Assembly (NCBI GenBank): GCA_902825965.1
Contig: CADEDA010000003.1
Span: forward strand, 157,149-221,148
Length of the DNA stretch: 64,000 nucleotides
Direction of reading: 5' to 3'
Origin: an uncultured Gemmatimonadota bacterium
Lineage (GTDB): Bacteria; Gemmatimonadota; Gemmatimonadetes; Gemmatimonadales; Gemmatimonadaceae
Part shown: piece after piece, positions 1 through 9,451 of the stretch
Layout: every line of letters begins with the position of its first letter
Numbering within the stretch: the stretch's first letter is position 1
Notes under the pieces: generated by a model
What the model saw: the letters and a program-made list of their open reading frames with translations, nothing else
Told to the model about the DNA's origin: nothing
The model's database searches: none
Position numbers and translations under genes: made by a program

Positions 1-1
1 C

Positions 2-3000
2 GGCGCCACGGTGCCGATCGTGGCCGAGGCGTTCGACGGCCAGAACACCGTGATCGCGGGCACACCGATCGCGTTCTCCCTCGTGAACCCGGCGGACTCC
101 GTGCGGGCGCGTTTCCCGGACCGCGGGATCGGCTCGCTGGTGGTGGGCACGCAGCGGGGCACGGTCGCGGTCCAGGCGCGGCTGCTCACCGGTCCGTCGG
201 TCACCACCAACATCGCCATCCAGCCGGTCGCCAACGGCATCATCGCGCAGAGCGGGAATGCGCAGACGGGTGTTGCCGGTGGCGTGCTGGCGCAGCCCCT
301 CGTGGCCCGCGTGCGCGCGGCCGACGGGCTCGGGGTGCAGGGCGTCCCGGTGACCTTCGCGGTCCTGACCGGCGGCGGCACGCTCAGCGTGCTCACCGAC
401 ACGTCCGACCTCAATGGCGACGTGAGCAGCACGCTCACGCTCGGCGCCCTCATCGGCGCACAGACGGTGCGCGCGTCGGTGCCCTCGGTCCCGGGGGCCG
501 AGGTGACGTTCACGGCCACCGCGACCGGCGGGGCCGCCGCGCGCCTGCTGATCCTCGATGAACCGACCAACGTGACCGCCGGCAACGCGGTCGCACCGGC
601 GGTGCGCGTGGCCGTGCAGGATGCCGGTGGCAACACGCTGCCGGCGGCCGTCAATCCCGTGACGGTGGAGATCCTCAACAACCCCGGCGGCACCGGCGTG
701 CTGCAGGGGCCACTGACCGTCAACGCCGTGGCCGGCGTCGCGACGTTCAACGCCATCCGCATCGATCAGGCGGCTGCGGGCTACACGCTGCGGTTCACCG
801 CGGCAGGACTGAGCGCCGACACCAGCGTGGCGTTCACTGTCGCTCCGGCGGCGGCGACCGCGCTGGCGTTCGCCACCCAGCCGCCGCTCTCGGCCGTGAA
901 TGCGACGCCGTTCACCGTCGCGGTGCGTGCTCGCGACGCGTTCGGGAACACGACGCCGGTGTTCGTCGGCGGCGTGACGGTCGCGATCGGCACCAATCCG
1001 GCGGCCGGCACCCTCGCGGGCACCGTCACGCAGACCGCCGTGGCGGGAGTCGCGACGTTCACCAGCCTCAGCATCAACAACATCGGTGTGGGCTACACGC
1101 TCACGGCGACCGGCGGCGGCTTGACCGCGGCCACGTCCAACGCCTTCGACATCACCGCCTCGGCCGGCATCAATAGCTGGGTGAATGCCGCAGGTGGTGC
1201 CTGGAGCACCGCGGCGAACTGGAGCCAGGGCAGCGTGCCCGACCCCAGCGATACCGTGACCATCGAACTGCCAGGCACGTACACGGTGACGGTGGATCAG
1301 AACGTCACGGTCGGCCGCCTGCGGCTCGGCGGCGCCAGCGGCACCCAGACGCTCGCGATCGGTACCAACACGTTCACCATGGCGGAGTCCGTGTTCGTGG
1401 CGCCGCAGGGTGTGGTGGCGTTGAGCGGTTCGTCGCTCAACGGCATCGGCACCATGCGCGTGGCCGGCACCTTCAATTGGACCGGTGGCGCGATCGCCGG
1501 CGTGGGCGGCGACGTCGTGGTGGCCACCGGCGGCGTGCTCAACGCCACCGGTGCACTCGCGCGCAACCTGCAGGAGCGCACGCTGCGCATCGTGGGCACG
1601 GCGACCTGGAGCGCCAGCGGCACACTCAACGTCGGCCTGGGCGCGCTGCTGCACATCGCGCCGGGCGGCAGCCTGGCCGTCACCTCGGACCCGAGCTTCA
1701 CCTTCAACCTCGGTGGCGCGACGCCGCGCCTCCACAACGAGGGCACGCTCACGCGCTCGGGATCGGCCGGCATCTTCCTCCTCCAGATGCCCTGGGAGAA
1801 CGACGGCACCACCGTGCTGACCTCCGGGCAGCTCACCGCGACCAACGGCAGCGGCGCGGGCAGCAGCGGCGGCGCCCTGCAACTGGGCGCCGGCACGACG
1901 CTGCTGATCAACAACGGCACCTACAACTGGGATGCCGGATCCTCGACGTCCGGCACCGGCACCCTCACGGTCTCGGCCGGCACCGTGAACGTGTCGAGCC
2001 CCTTCGCGCATCCTGGCCCGGTCACCGTGGCCGGTGGCGACCTGAATCTGCTCGGGGCGACGAACAGCATCACCGGGCTGACGATCTCCGGCGGCAACCT
2101 CGGCGGCGCGGCGGGCACGACCGTCACGCTCAACGGCACGACGGCCTGGACGGGCGGCAGCATCGGCACGTCAGGCATCGTGACGGTGCCCCTGGGTGCC
2201 ACCCTCAACGTCTCGAACGCCGTGGCGCACACCTTGTCGTCGGCGACGCTGCAGATCGCCGGCACGGCGAACTTCACGGATGCGTTCACGCTCAACACCG
2301 GGTTGGGAGCGGTGCTCCGCGTGCAGGCCGGCGGCGCGCTCAACCTGCAGGGTGACCACATCCTGAGCTACAACCTCGGCGGCGCCAGCTCACGGCTGGA
2401 GAACCTCGGCACCATCACGCGCGTGAGCGGTACCGGGTTCTCGACCATCTCGCTGCCGGTGGACCACGACGGCGTGTGGAACGTCCAGACGGGCGCACAG
2501 CGCATCAACCTTGGTTCTGACGTCGAGAGCTGGTCAGGGTCGATGGCCCTCGCGGCCGGCACCACGCTGGACTTCTCCGGCGGCACCACGGCGCTGGGGC
2601 CGACCGCGACCATCACCGGCACCGGTGCACTCAGCGTGGCGGGCGGCACGGTCAACGTCGCGGCCCCCCTCAGCTTCACGGGTGCGGTCAACGTCGCCAA
2701 CGGGGCGCTGAACCTCAACGGCGCCACGGCGCTCACCACCGTGACGCTCTCCGGCGGGTCGATCGGCGGCACCGGCGCGATCAGCGTGGCGACCGCGCTC
2801 AACTGGTCCGGTGGCAACATCGATGGCAGCGGCACGCTCAGCGTGCCGGTGGGTGCCACCTTGGCCTCGTCGGGCACCGCGACGCGCAGCCACAGCGGAC
2901 GCCTCATCAGCGTCGGGGGCAGCGCGAACTTCACCGGCGGGCATCAGGTCAACTCCGGTCTCGGGTCCGTGCTGCGGGTGCTGGCGGGCGGCACGTTGCT

Positions 3001-6000
3001 CGTGCAGGGCAATCACAGCTTCCTCAACAACCTCGGCGGCGCCGCGCCGCTGGTGGAGAACCTCGGGACGTTCACGCGCAACACTGCCACCGGCACTGTG
3101 ACGATGAACGTGCCGTTCCAGAACAGCGGTACGGTCACGCTGTCCACCGGTGTGCTGGATCTCACCGGGGCGGCGACCCTGGGTGGGCCGATCGCCCTCG
3201 CCACCACGACCACCCTGCGGCTCAACGGTGGCACCATCACGCTCGCGCCGACCCTGGTGGTGAGCGGGCTCGGCGTCACGCAACTCGCCGGCGGCATCGT
3301 GTCCGGCCTCGTCGCCGGTGACACCGCGAACTTCGGACGCCTGCAACTCACCGGCGGCACGTTGAGTGCCGGCGGTGTGGTGCGCTCCACGGACTTCCTC
3401 GATTGGGCCGGCTCGACGATCAGCGGCACGCTCACGCTGGTGGCGGTGGACAGCATGGTCATCACCACCACCGGCACGCGGAACCTGAGCAACGCAACCC
3501 TCGAGACCCGCGGCGCCACCGTGTGGGCCACCGCGGCCACCATCAACAGCGGCGCCGGCGCCGTGTGGCGCAATGCCGCCGGGGCCAACATCGTGTGGTC
3601 CGGCAACGGCAGCCTGCTCCACAACCTCGGCGGCACCCAGACGCAACTGGAGAACCTCGGCGGCATGCAGTTCACCGGCGCGGGCACCGCGACCATCGGT
3701 GCCACCCTGATCGACACGGCCGGCGTCGGCTTCTCCGTGCCCTCCGGCACCGTCGCCCTGAGCGGGGGCGGCCGGCTCTCGGGCAATCGGAACGTGACCG
3801 GATTCCTCGACGTCACGGGCGGTGTGCTCACTCTGCGTCCCGGCACGTCGATCTCGAGCATGGGCACCGGCACGCTGCGCATGACGGGTGGTACGCTGCG
3901 GCCGGACAGCGGCGCGAGTGTGTCCGTGGACCGCTTCGAGCTCTCCGGCGGCGCACTCGACCACGAAGGCACGTTCAGCGTGACCACGTTGTTCAACTGG
4001 TCGGCGGGCAGCATCCAGTCCAACCAGGTCGGACTGGGCGGCACCACCGCGCTCACCACCGGCGCGACCATGAACATCACCGGCGCCACCGCCCGCAGCG
4101 CGTCCGGCACGCACCTGCTCAGCATCACCCCGGGCACGACCGTCAATCACAACGCCACCGGCGCCATCCTCACCGGCTTGGGCTTCACGGTGCAGAACGG
4201 CGGCACGTACAACCTGCAGAACGTCGGCGGCTACGCCTTCACGCTCGGCGGCACCCAACCCACGTTCCGCAACCTCGCGGGCGCGACGCTGACGTCGAGC
4301 GGCGCGAGCACCGGCAGCATCGCCATGCGGATGGACAACCAGGGCGGTGCGCTCACGGTGACCGGGGACACGCTGCGGCTGCTGCTGGGCAGCACCGGCT
4401 CGTTCGCCGGCACGGCGACCGTGAACACGGCAGCGCTGAAGCTGGGCGGGGGCCCCTTCACGCTCACCGGTGCGTTCACCGTGGCCGGCACCGCCGGCGA
4501 CCTCGTGGTCAACAACGGGTCCATCGCCGTCGGGACGCAGACGCTGCAGGTGAACGGCGACCTGCTCACCGAGACCGGTGGTGCCCTGACCAGCACGGCG
4601 GCCACCGGCGTGATCGACGTGAACGGCAACGCCGTGTTCAACGGCGCGCAGAGTGTGCTCTCCGCCGGCACGTTGCGCGTCGCGGGCAACTTCACGCAGG
4701 GCCCGACCGGCGTGGTGAACACCTTCGACGCCAGCGGGACGCACCGCACCGTGTTCGACGGCACCGGGCCGCAGAGCATCACGTTCGCCAATCCCACGAG
4801 CTCGCGGTTCAACCGCGTGGAGTTCCCGACGATCGGCCACACGGTCACGTTGCAGACCAACGTGACCGTGCTCGACTCGCTGATCATGCTCGGCGGCGGT
4901 CCGGGCTCCGCCGATCTCGTCGGCGCCGGAACGACGCAGCGGCTCAGGGTGGAAGGTGTGCTCCGCATGGACTTCTCCACGACGTCGCCGAGCCTCTCGG
5001 TGCCGGTGGTGGAGATGACGGCGGTGCCGGCCGTGGCGGCGATCTCGAGCCCGGGGCGTGGCTTCTTCCCCGACACCGCGGTCTATCTGGGCGCCGCGAT
5101 CACCGCCCTGCCGACGAACGCCGGCTACAAATACAACAGCGTACGCCTCGCCACCGGTGCCGCCGTGACCATCGCCAGTGACACCATCGCCGGCGACCTC
5201 CACGTCTCGTCCGGTGTCGCCAGCTATGTCGGCACCGTCAATCACCGCATCCAGGGCGACCTGCGCACCACCGGGACCGGATCGATCTTCCTCTTCTCGG
5301 TCGACGCCAACGTCACCGTGGTCGACAGTGCGATCTTCGGCGGCGCGAGCACCAACACCACGCTCAACGCCGGGACCTTGCGCCTGCTCGGCCACTTCGT
5401 GCAGGCCGGCGGGAACACGGCGGCGTTCGCGGCGACCGGGACCCATACGACGATCTTCGCCGGTGCGGCCCAGCAGACGATCCGCTTCGACAATCCGGGT
5501 ACCACCACCACGACCTCGCACTTCGCGGAGCTGCAGATCGCCAACGTCTCCGCGGGCGGCGTCCGCCTGCTCTCGCCCGTCCACGCGGTGACGCAGTTGG
5601 AGACGAGCTTCAGCCGCACGGCGATCAGTCAGGTATCGAGTGCCAACGGTGACTCATTGACCATCCAGGGCGCGAACGCGGACTCGATCACGTTCGACAA
5701 CACGCCGCTGCGCGTGATCGGGACCGGTGCGATCACCAAGCTCAACGTCATCCGGTTCCAGAACATGGCGGCGACGGCAACGCAGTTCCGCTTCACGCGT
5801 GCGGGTACGGGGACCCCCATCGCGCTCAATGACTGGACCTTCGCCAGCACGCCCGTGGGCGGCCTCTACTTCTCGTTCAACAACACCGCCGTCGGCGTGG
5901 CGATGCCGGTGAACTTCCTCGGTGCGACCCCGGGCACCATCGGCGCGTTGGGTGGATTGTACCAACGCCTCGGTGCGACGCTGCCCGCGGTGAACTGGAA

Positions 6001-6019
6001 CGGACAACCCATGCCGTAG
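2..6019 (+). CDS. Giant secreted/surface repeat protein, 5'-truncated at the window edge (>=2002 aa). Ig-like (invasin/Big-type) modules are followed by at least 5 copies of a ~200-220 aa Gly/Thr/Ala-rich beta-helix-like module.
   Basis: The frame is open from the window edge (track ORF 11..6019). Two ~95-aa modules look alike (..VAPAVRVAVQDAGGNTL..VAGVATFNAIRID..GYTLRFTA / ..FTVAVRARDAFGNTT..VAGVATFTSLSINNIGVGYTLTA). The signature (F/L)NW(T/S)GG.I...G ... LN.GLGA.L.. ... NLGG....L.N.GT.TR recurs at nt ~1472, 2141, 2798, 3398 and 3991. GC3 is very high. Confidence 0.8.
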   Translation, partial: GATVPIVAEAFDGQNTVIAGTPIAFSLVNPADSVRARFPDRGIGSLVVGTQRGTVAVQARLLTGPSVTTNIAIQPVANGIIAQSGNAQTGVAGGVLAQPLVARVRAADGLGVQGVPVTFAVLTGGGTLSVLTDTSDLNGDVSSTLTLGALIGAQTVRASVPSVPGAEVTFTATATGGAAARLLILDEPTNVTAGNAVAPAVRVAVQDAGGNTLPAAVNPVTVEILNNPGGTGVLQGPLTVNAVAGVATFNAIRIDQAAAGYTLRFTAAGLSADTSVAFTVAPAAATALAFATQPPLSAVNATPFTVAVRARDAFGNTTPVFVGGVTVAIGTNPAAGTLAGTVTQTAVAGVATFTSLSINNIGVGYTLTATGGGLTAATSNAFDITASAGINSWVNAAGGAWSTAANWSQGSVPDPSDTVTIELPGTYTVTVDQNVTVGRLRLGGASGTQTLAIGTNTFTMAESVFVAPQGVVALSGSSLNGIGTMRVAGTFNWTGGAIAGVGGDVVVATGGVLNATGALARNLQERTLRIVGTATWSASGTLNVGLGALLHIAPGGSLAVTSDPSFTFNLGGATPRLHNEGTLTRSGSAGIFLLQMPWENDGTTVLTSGQLTATNGSGAGSSGGALQLGAGTTLLINNGTYNWDAGSSTSGTGTLTVSAGTVNVSSPFAHPGPVTVAGGDLNLLGATNSITGLTISGGNLGGAAGTTVTLNGTTAWTGGSIGTSGIVTVPLGATLNVSNAVAHTLSSATLQIAGTANFTDAFTLNTGLGAVLRVQAGGALNLQGDHILSYNLGGASSRLENLGTITRVSGTGFSTISLPVDHDGVWNVQTGAQRINLGSDVESWSGSMALAAGTTLDFSGGTTALGPTATITGTGALSVAGGTVNVAAPLSFTGAVNVANGALNLNGATALTTVTLSGGSIGGTGAISVATALNWSGGNIDGSGTLSVPVGATLASSGTATRSHSGRLISVGGSANFTGGHQVNSGLGSVLRVLAGGTLLVQGNHSFLNNLGGAAPLVENLGTFTRNTATGTVTMNVPFQNSGTVTLSTGVLDLTGAATLGGPIALATTTTLRLNGGTITLAPTLVVSGLGVTQLAGGIVSGLVAGDTANFGRLQLTGGTLSAGGVVRSTDFLDWAGSTISGTLTLVAVDSMVITTTGTRNLSNATLETRGATVWATAATINSGAGAVWRNAAGANIVWSGNGSLLHNLGGTQTQLENLGGMQFTGAGTATIGATLIDTAGVGFSVPSGTVALSGGGRLSGNRNVTGFLDVTGGVLTLRPGTSISSMGTGTLRMTGGTLRPDSGASVSVDRFELSGGALDHEGTFSVTTLFNWSAGSIQSNQVGLGGTTALTTGATMNITGATARSASGTHLLSITPGTTVNHNATGAILTGLGFTVQNGGTYNLQNVGGYAFTLGGTQPTFRNLAGATLTSSGASTGSIAMRMDNQGGALTVTGDTLRLLLGSTGSFAGTATVNTAALKLGGGPFTLTGAFTVAGTAGDLVVNNGSIAVGTQTLQVNGDLLTETGGALTSTAATGVIDVNGNAVFNGAQSVLSAGTLRVAGNFTQGPTGVVNTFDASGTHRTVFDGTGPQSITFANPTSSRFNRVEFPTIGHTVTLQTNVTVLDSLIMLGGGPGSADLVGAGTTQRLRVEGVLRMDFSTTSPSLSVPVVEMTAVPAVAAISSPGRGFFPDTAVYLGAAITALPTNAGYKYNSVRLATGAAVTIASDTIAGDLHVSSGVASYVGTVNHRIQGDLRTTGTGSIFLFSVDANVTVVDSAIFGGASTNTTLNAGTLRLLGHFVQAGGNTAAFAATGTHTTIFAGAAQQTIRFDNPGTTTTTSHFAELQIANVSAGGVRLLSPVHAVTQLETSFSRTAISQVSSANGDSLTIQGANADSITFDNTPLRVIGTGAITKLNVIRFQNMAATATQFRFTRAGTGTPIALNDWTFASTPVGGLYFSFNNTAVGVAMPVNFLGATPGTIGALGGLYQRLGATLPAVNWNGQPMP

Positions 6020-6048
6020 GCGAGGGTATAGGCTCGCCAGCGCATCAC

Positions 6049-6085
6049 GCGGGGTCCGCCATCATCGGCGGACCCCGCTTGACTT
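6049..6085 (+). terminator. Intrinsic terminator after the giant-protein gene
   Basis: A perfect 12-bp inverted repeat, gcggggtccgcc-atcatc-ggcggaccccgc (6049-6078), is followed by ttgactttt. Confidence 0.7.
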
Positions 6086-6107
6086 TTCCGCGACCGCCGC
6101 CGATACT
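6079..6107 (+). promoter_or_regulatory. Sigma70-like promoter for the metX operon
   Basis: TTGACT (6079-6084), an exact 17-nt spacer, then GATACT (6102-6107). It lies in an AT-shifted stretch of an otherwise ~70% GC sequence. Confidence 0.55.
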
Positions 6108-6275
6108 CACTGCACAACAGAAGCCCGTGGTCATTTGCCGCGATTGCCGCCACGTTAAAGAAAGTGCTAAAACGCGATGTCCCGCGGCGTCCGTCCGTGG
6201 GATTTTTCATTTCCCATCGGCGACGCCTCGACCTCACGAAGACCGCGGCCCTCTCACCCGCTCGAGGACCGCTCG
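6108..6275 (+). promoter_or_regulatory. Structured 5' leader of metX with an attenuator/terminator hairpin. Candidate metabolite-sensing (SAM-type) leader; class unassigned.
   Basis: An AT-rich core (cgttaaagaaagtgctaaaac, ~6160-6176) is unusual for this genome. A local helix cgtggt/gccacg flanks a 17-nt loop. The hairpin cccgcgg-cgtccgt-ccgtggg (6181-6201) is followed by atttttcattt. Confidence 0.4.
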
Positions 6276-7304
6276 ATGGCCACCTTCGTCGCTGATCCCT
6301 CGCGAAGCCTGCGCTTCGCCACGCTGCCGCCCCTTCCGCTCGACTCCGGGGAGATGCTGGCGCAGGGTACGATCGCCTACCACCTCGACGGCAGCCTCAA
6401 CGCCACGCGCGACAACGTGATCCTGGTGCTGCACGCGCTCACGGGGTCCGCCGACGCGGCAGGGGAGTGGTGGCAGGGCCTGATCGGTCCCGGCTGCGCG
6501 CTCGACACCGACCGCTTCGCTGTCCTCGCCCCAAACCTCATCGGCTCCTGCTACGGATCGAGCGGCCCGCGCGAGGGTGGCGACCCCTTCCCGCGCATCA
6601 CCACGCGCGACCAGGCGCGTGCGGTGGGGGTGTTGCTCGAGGCGCTGCGCATCCCGCGCGTCGTGTTGGTCACCGGCGGCTCGCTGGGGGGCATGGTGTC
6701 GCTCGAGTTCGTCGCCACGTTCCCGTCGCGTGCGGAGGCAGCGGTGGTGTTCGCCGCACCGGCGGTGCAGTCGGCGGCGAGCATCGGCTGGGTGCACGTA
6801 CAACGCGAGGCGCTGCGACTGGGAGGCGCCGAGGGCCTCGCGCTCGCCCGGCAGGTGGCGATGCTCACCTATCGCACGTCCGACGGACTCCGCGAACGCT
6901 TCGGGCGGCTGCGCGGCGCGGCCGGTGCGTTCAGCGTGCAGGAGTGGCTCTGGGCGCACGGCGCCAAGCTGCGCGCCCGGTTCGACAAGGCGAGTTATCT
7001 CACGCTGCTCGACGCGATGGACGCCCACGACATCGGCCGCGGACGTGGTGGCATCGGCGAACGGCTGCGCGAGTCCGGCACCGCGCTCACCGGCGTCGGG
7101 ATCCCGGGTGACCTGTTCTATCCGGCCGAGGAGGTCGCGGAATGGGTGGCCGAGGCGGGCGGCAACTACCGCGCGATCGTGTCGGAGCACGGCCACGATG
7201 CCTTCCTGCTCGAGCGCACGCGCGTCGGCGCGATCCTGCGCGAGGCGTTGTCCACGCGGCACCAGGCCCCGCGCCGCGCGCGCAGTGCCCAGGAGGTCGC
7301 ATGA
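6276..7304 (+). CDS. metX: Homoserine O-acetyltransferase
   Basis: Alpha/beta-hydrolase MetX hallmarks: LDSGEML...IAYH..G.LN...DNVILVLHALTGSADAAGEWWQGLIGPG and GGSLGGM. I prefer the ATG at 6276 (GAGGA 9 nt upstream) over the track start at 6177, which would place the leader hairpin inside the gene and has lower GC3. Confidence 0.88.
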   Translation: MATFVADPSRSLRFATLPPLPLDSGEMLAQGTIAYHLDGSLNATRDNVILVLHALTGSADAAGEWWQGLIGPGCALDTDRFAVLAPNLIGSCYGSSGPREGGDPFPRITTRDQARAVGVLLEALRIPRVVLVTGGSLGGMVSLEFVATFPSRAEAAVVFAAPAVQSAASIGWVHVQREALRLGGAEGLALARQVAMLTYRTSDGLRERFGRLRGAAGAFSVQEWLWAHGAKLRARFDKASYLTLLDAMDAHDIGRGRGGIGERLRESGTALTGVGIPGDLFYPAEEVAEWVAEAGGNYRAIVSEHGHDAFLLERTRVGAILREALSTRHQAPRRARSAQEVA

Positions 7305-8269
7305 CCACACTGGCCATCGCCGGCTGCGGCACGGTGGGCGGCGCGCTGCTCGACCTGCTCGCGCGCCACGGCGACGCGATCGAACGACGCACCGGTCACC
7401 GGTTCGAGGTGCTGCGCATCCTCGTGCACGACGTCGCGCGGCCGCGGTCGGTGCACGTGCCGCGGGCGCTGCTGACGGAATCGGTCACCGAGTTCCTGGC
7501 GGCGCCGGCCGACGTCGTGGTGGAGGCGATCGGCGGAACGAGCACGGCGGCGGCGCTCGCGCGTGCCACGCTGGCCAGCGGCCGTCGGCTGGTCACGGCC
7601 AACAAGGCCCTGCTGCGGGCCGAGGGGCCGGCGTTGGCGGCGTTGGCCGCCGCGCACGCCGCCGACGGTGCGGCGCTCGACTTCGAGGCCGCCGTGGGTG
7701 GCGGCGTGCCGGTGGTCCGTGCGCTGCGTGAATCGCTCGCCGGCCACGGTGTGCGACGCATCCGTGGCGTACTCAATGGCACCACCAACTACATCCTCTC
7801 GCGGGTCGAGGATGGTGCGGATGCCGCGGCGGCGCTGCGCGCGGCGCAGCGGGCCGGGTTCGCCGAGGCCGATCCCACGCGGGATGTCGCCGGCATCGAC
7901 GCCGCCGACAAGATCGCGGTGCTCGCCTGGCTGGCGTTCGGTGTGGATCCCACGCGGTTGCCGGTGCGTACGCTCGGCCTGCCGCCGGATCCGGTGGCCG
8001 CGGTGCGGCGCGCGCGCACCCAAGGCGCGGTGCTGCGGCTGGTGGCCGAAGCCGAGGAGCACGAGGGCGTCGTCCGTGCGAGCGTCGCACCAGTGCTGCT
8101 CGATGCCGCGGACCCGCTCGCCCGCGCGCGCGACGAGGAGAACGTCGTGGTCATCGAATCCGAGTCCGCCGGGGCGATCACGCTGCACGGACGTGGCGCT
8201 GGTGGCTCCGCCACCGCCTCCGCATTGCTCGCCGACCTCCTGCGGGCCTCGGCGCCCGTGCCGGCCTGA
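7301..8269 (+). CDS. hom: Homoserine dehydrogenase
   Basis: N-terminal Rossmann motif IAGCGTVGGALLDLL and the downstream motif GVLNGTTNYILS. Its ATG overlaps the metX stop (ATGA). Confidence 0.85.
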   Translation: MTTLAIAGCGTVGGALLDLLARHGDAIERRTGHRFEVLRILVHDVARPRSVHVPRALLTESVTEFLAAPADVVVEAIGGTSTAAALARATLASGRRLVTANKALLRAEGPALAALAAAHAADGAALDFEAAVGGGVPVVRALRESLAGHGVRRIRGVLNGTTNYILSRVEDGADAAAALRAAQRAGFAEADPTRDVAGIDAADKIAVLAWLAFGVDPTRLPVRTLGLPPDPVAAVRRARTQGAVLRLVAEAEEHEGVVRASVAPVLLDAADPLARARDEENVVVIESESAGAITLHGRGAGGSATASALLADLLRASAPVPA

Positions 8270-8287
8270 CACCACCCGAGCCCTTCC

Positions 8288-9451
8288 ATGCATCCCGAGA
8301 CCCTCGCCATCCGCACGCAGACGGCGCGCAGTGCGCACCGCGAACACGCGACACCGCTGTTCCTCACGTCCTCCTTCGTCTTCGACTCCGCCGAGCAGGC
8401 CCGCGCGCTGTTCGCCGAGGAGATCGCGGGGCCGGTGTACTCGCGATACGCCAACCCGACCACCGACGAGTTCGTCGAGAAGCTGCGCCTGCTCGAGGGT
8501 GCGGAGGATGGGCTCGCGACGGCCTCGGGCATGTCGGCGGTCTACACCGCGCTCGCCGCGCTGCTCCAGTCGGGGGACCACGTGGTCGCCGGCCGTGCGT
8601 TGTTCGGCTCGACGCACCAGCTGTTCACGCGGGTCTTCCCCAAGTGGGGCATCACGCACCGCTACGTGGACGGCGCCGACGCGGACGCGTTCGCGGCCGC
8701 GATCCAGCCGAACACCAAGGTGATCTTCGTCGAGACGCCCTCCAACCCGGGACTCGACCTCGTGGACCTGGCCGCGCTGGGCGACCTCGCGCGCGCACGC
8801 GGCCTCACGTTCGTGGTGGACAACTGCTTCGCCACGCCGGTGCTCACGCGGCCGATCGGGTTCGGGGCGCACGTGGTGGTGCATTCCGCGACCAAGTTCA
8901 TCGATGGTCAGGGCCGGGTGCTCGGTGGGGCCATCGTCGGCGAGGCGTCACGGATCGCCGAGGCGCGTTTCCTGGCGCGGCACTCCGGGCCGGCCCTCGC
9001 GCCGTTCAACGCCTGGGTGCTCAGCAAGAGCCTGGAGACGCTGGCGTTGCGCGTCGAGAGGCACGCGTCCAACGCGCTGGCCCTGGCGACGGCACTGGAG
9101 GAGAACGCGGCGGTGCAGCGGGTGCGTTATCCCTTCCTCGCGTCGCATCCGCAGCAGGCCCTGGCGCGGCGCCAGATGCGCTGGGGCGGCGGTGTGCTCA
9201 CCATCGACGTCGGCGCGTACGAGACCGCGCGCCGGTTCCTCGACGGCCTGCGCCTCTGCTCGCACTCCCCCAATCTCGGCGACACCCGCACCATCGTCAC
9301 GCATCCCACGTCCACCACGCATTCCAAGCTCACGGACGCCGAGCGCGCGCGGGTGGGGATCACGCCCGGACTGGTGCGGATCTCCGTGGGGCTGGAGCAC
9401 GTCGACGACATCCTCGACGACGTGTCGCAGGCGCTGGCGTCAGCGCGCTGA
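8288..9451 (+). CDS. metZ: O-succinyl/O-acetyl-homoserine sulfhydrylase (Cys/Met-metabolism PLP enzyme)
   Basis: Strong resemblance to MetZ: NVYSRY(A/T)NPT, ASGMSA, VETPSNP, VVDNCFATP, and the PLP-lysine motif HSATKFIDGQG. Confidence 0.85.
   Translation: MHPETLAIRTQTARSAHREHATPLFLTSSFVFDSAEQARALFAEEIAGPVYSRYANPTTDEFVEKLRLLEGAEDGLATASGMSAVYTALAALLQSGDHVVAGRALFGSTHQLFTRVFPKWGITHRYVDGADADAFAAAIQPNTKVIFVETPSNPGLDLVDLAALGDLARARGLTFVVDNCFATPVLTRPIGFGAHVVVHSATKFIDGQGRVLGGAIVGEASRIAEARFLARHSGPALAPFNAWVLSKSLETLALRVERHASNALALATALEENAAVQRVRYPFLASHPQQALARRQMRWGGGVLTIDVGAYETARRFLDGLRLCSHSPNLGDTRTIVTHPTSTTHSKLTDAERARVGITPGLVRISVGLEHVDDILDDVSQALASAR

Noticed and set aside
2534-5584. The 1016-aa minus-strand ORF, and many other long ORFs antisense or out of frame to the giant repeat gene (e.g. 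3403..5181 +, 3013..4146 -).
   Set aside because: Their composition is dominated by Arg, Gly, Ala, His and Pro with no motifs. They lie inside a gene with clear repeat and domain structure. This is typical shadow-ORF behaviour at ~70% GC.
6120-6180. Assigning the metX leader specifically to the SAM-II (or SAM-V) riboswitch class.
   Set aside because: Only loose resemblance exists (AUUGC..., ...AAAG.GCU). I could not construct the H-type pseudoknot or triple helix from the sequence by hand. I kept it as a class-unassigned candidate only.
6177-6275. The in-frame upstream ATG at 6177 as the metX start, as listed in the ORF track.
   Set aside because: The 33 extra codons have lower GC3 (~73%), include the hairpin plus T-run at 6181-6207, and add a non-homologous extension. 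The ATG at 6276 has a GAGGA Shine-Dalgarno sequence and gives a normal MetX N-terminus. I cannot fully exclude 6177 without orthologue alignment.
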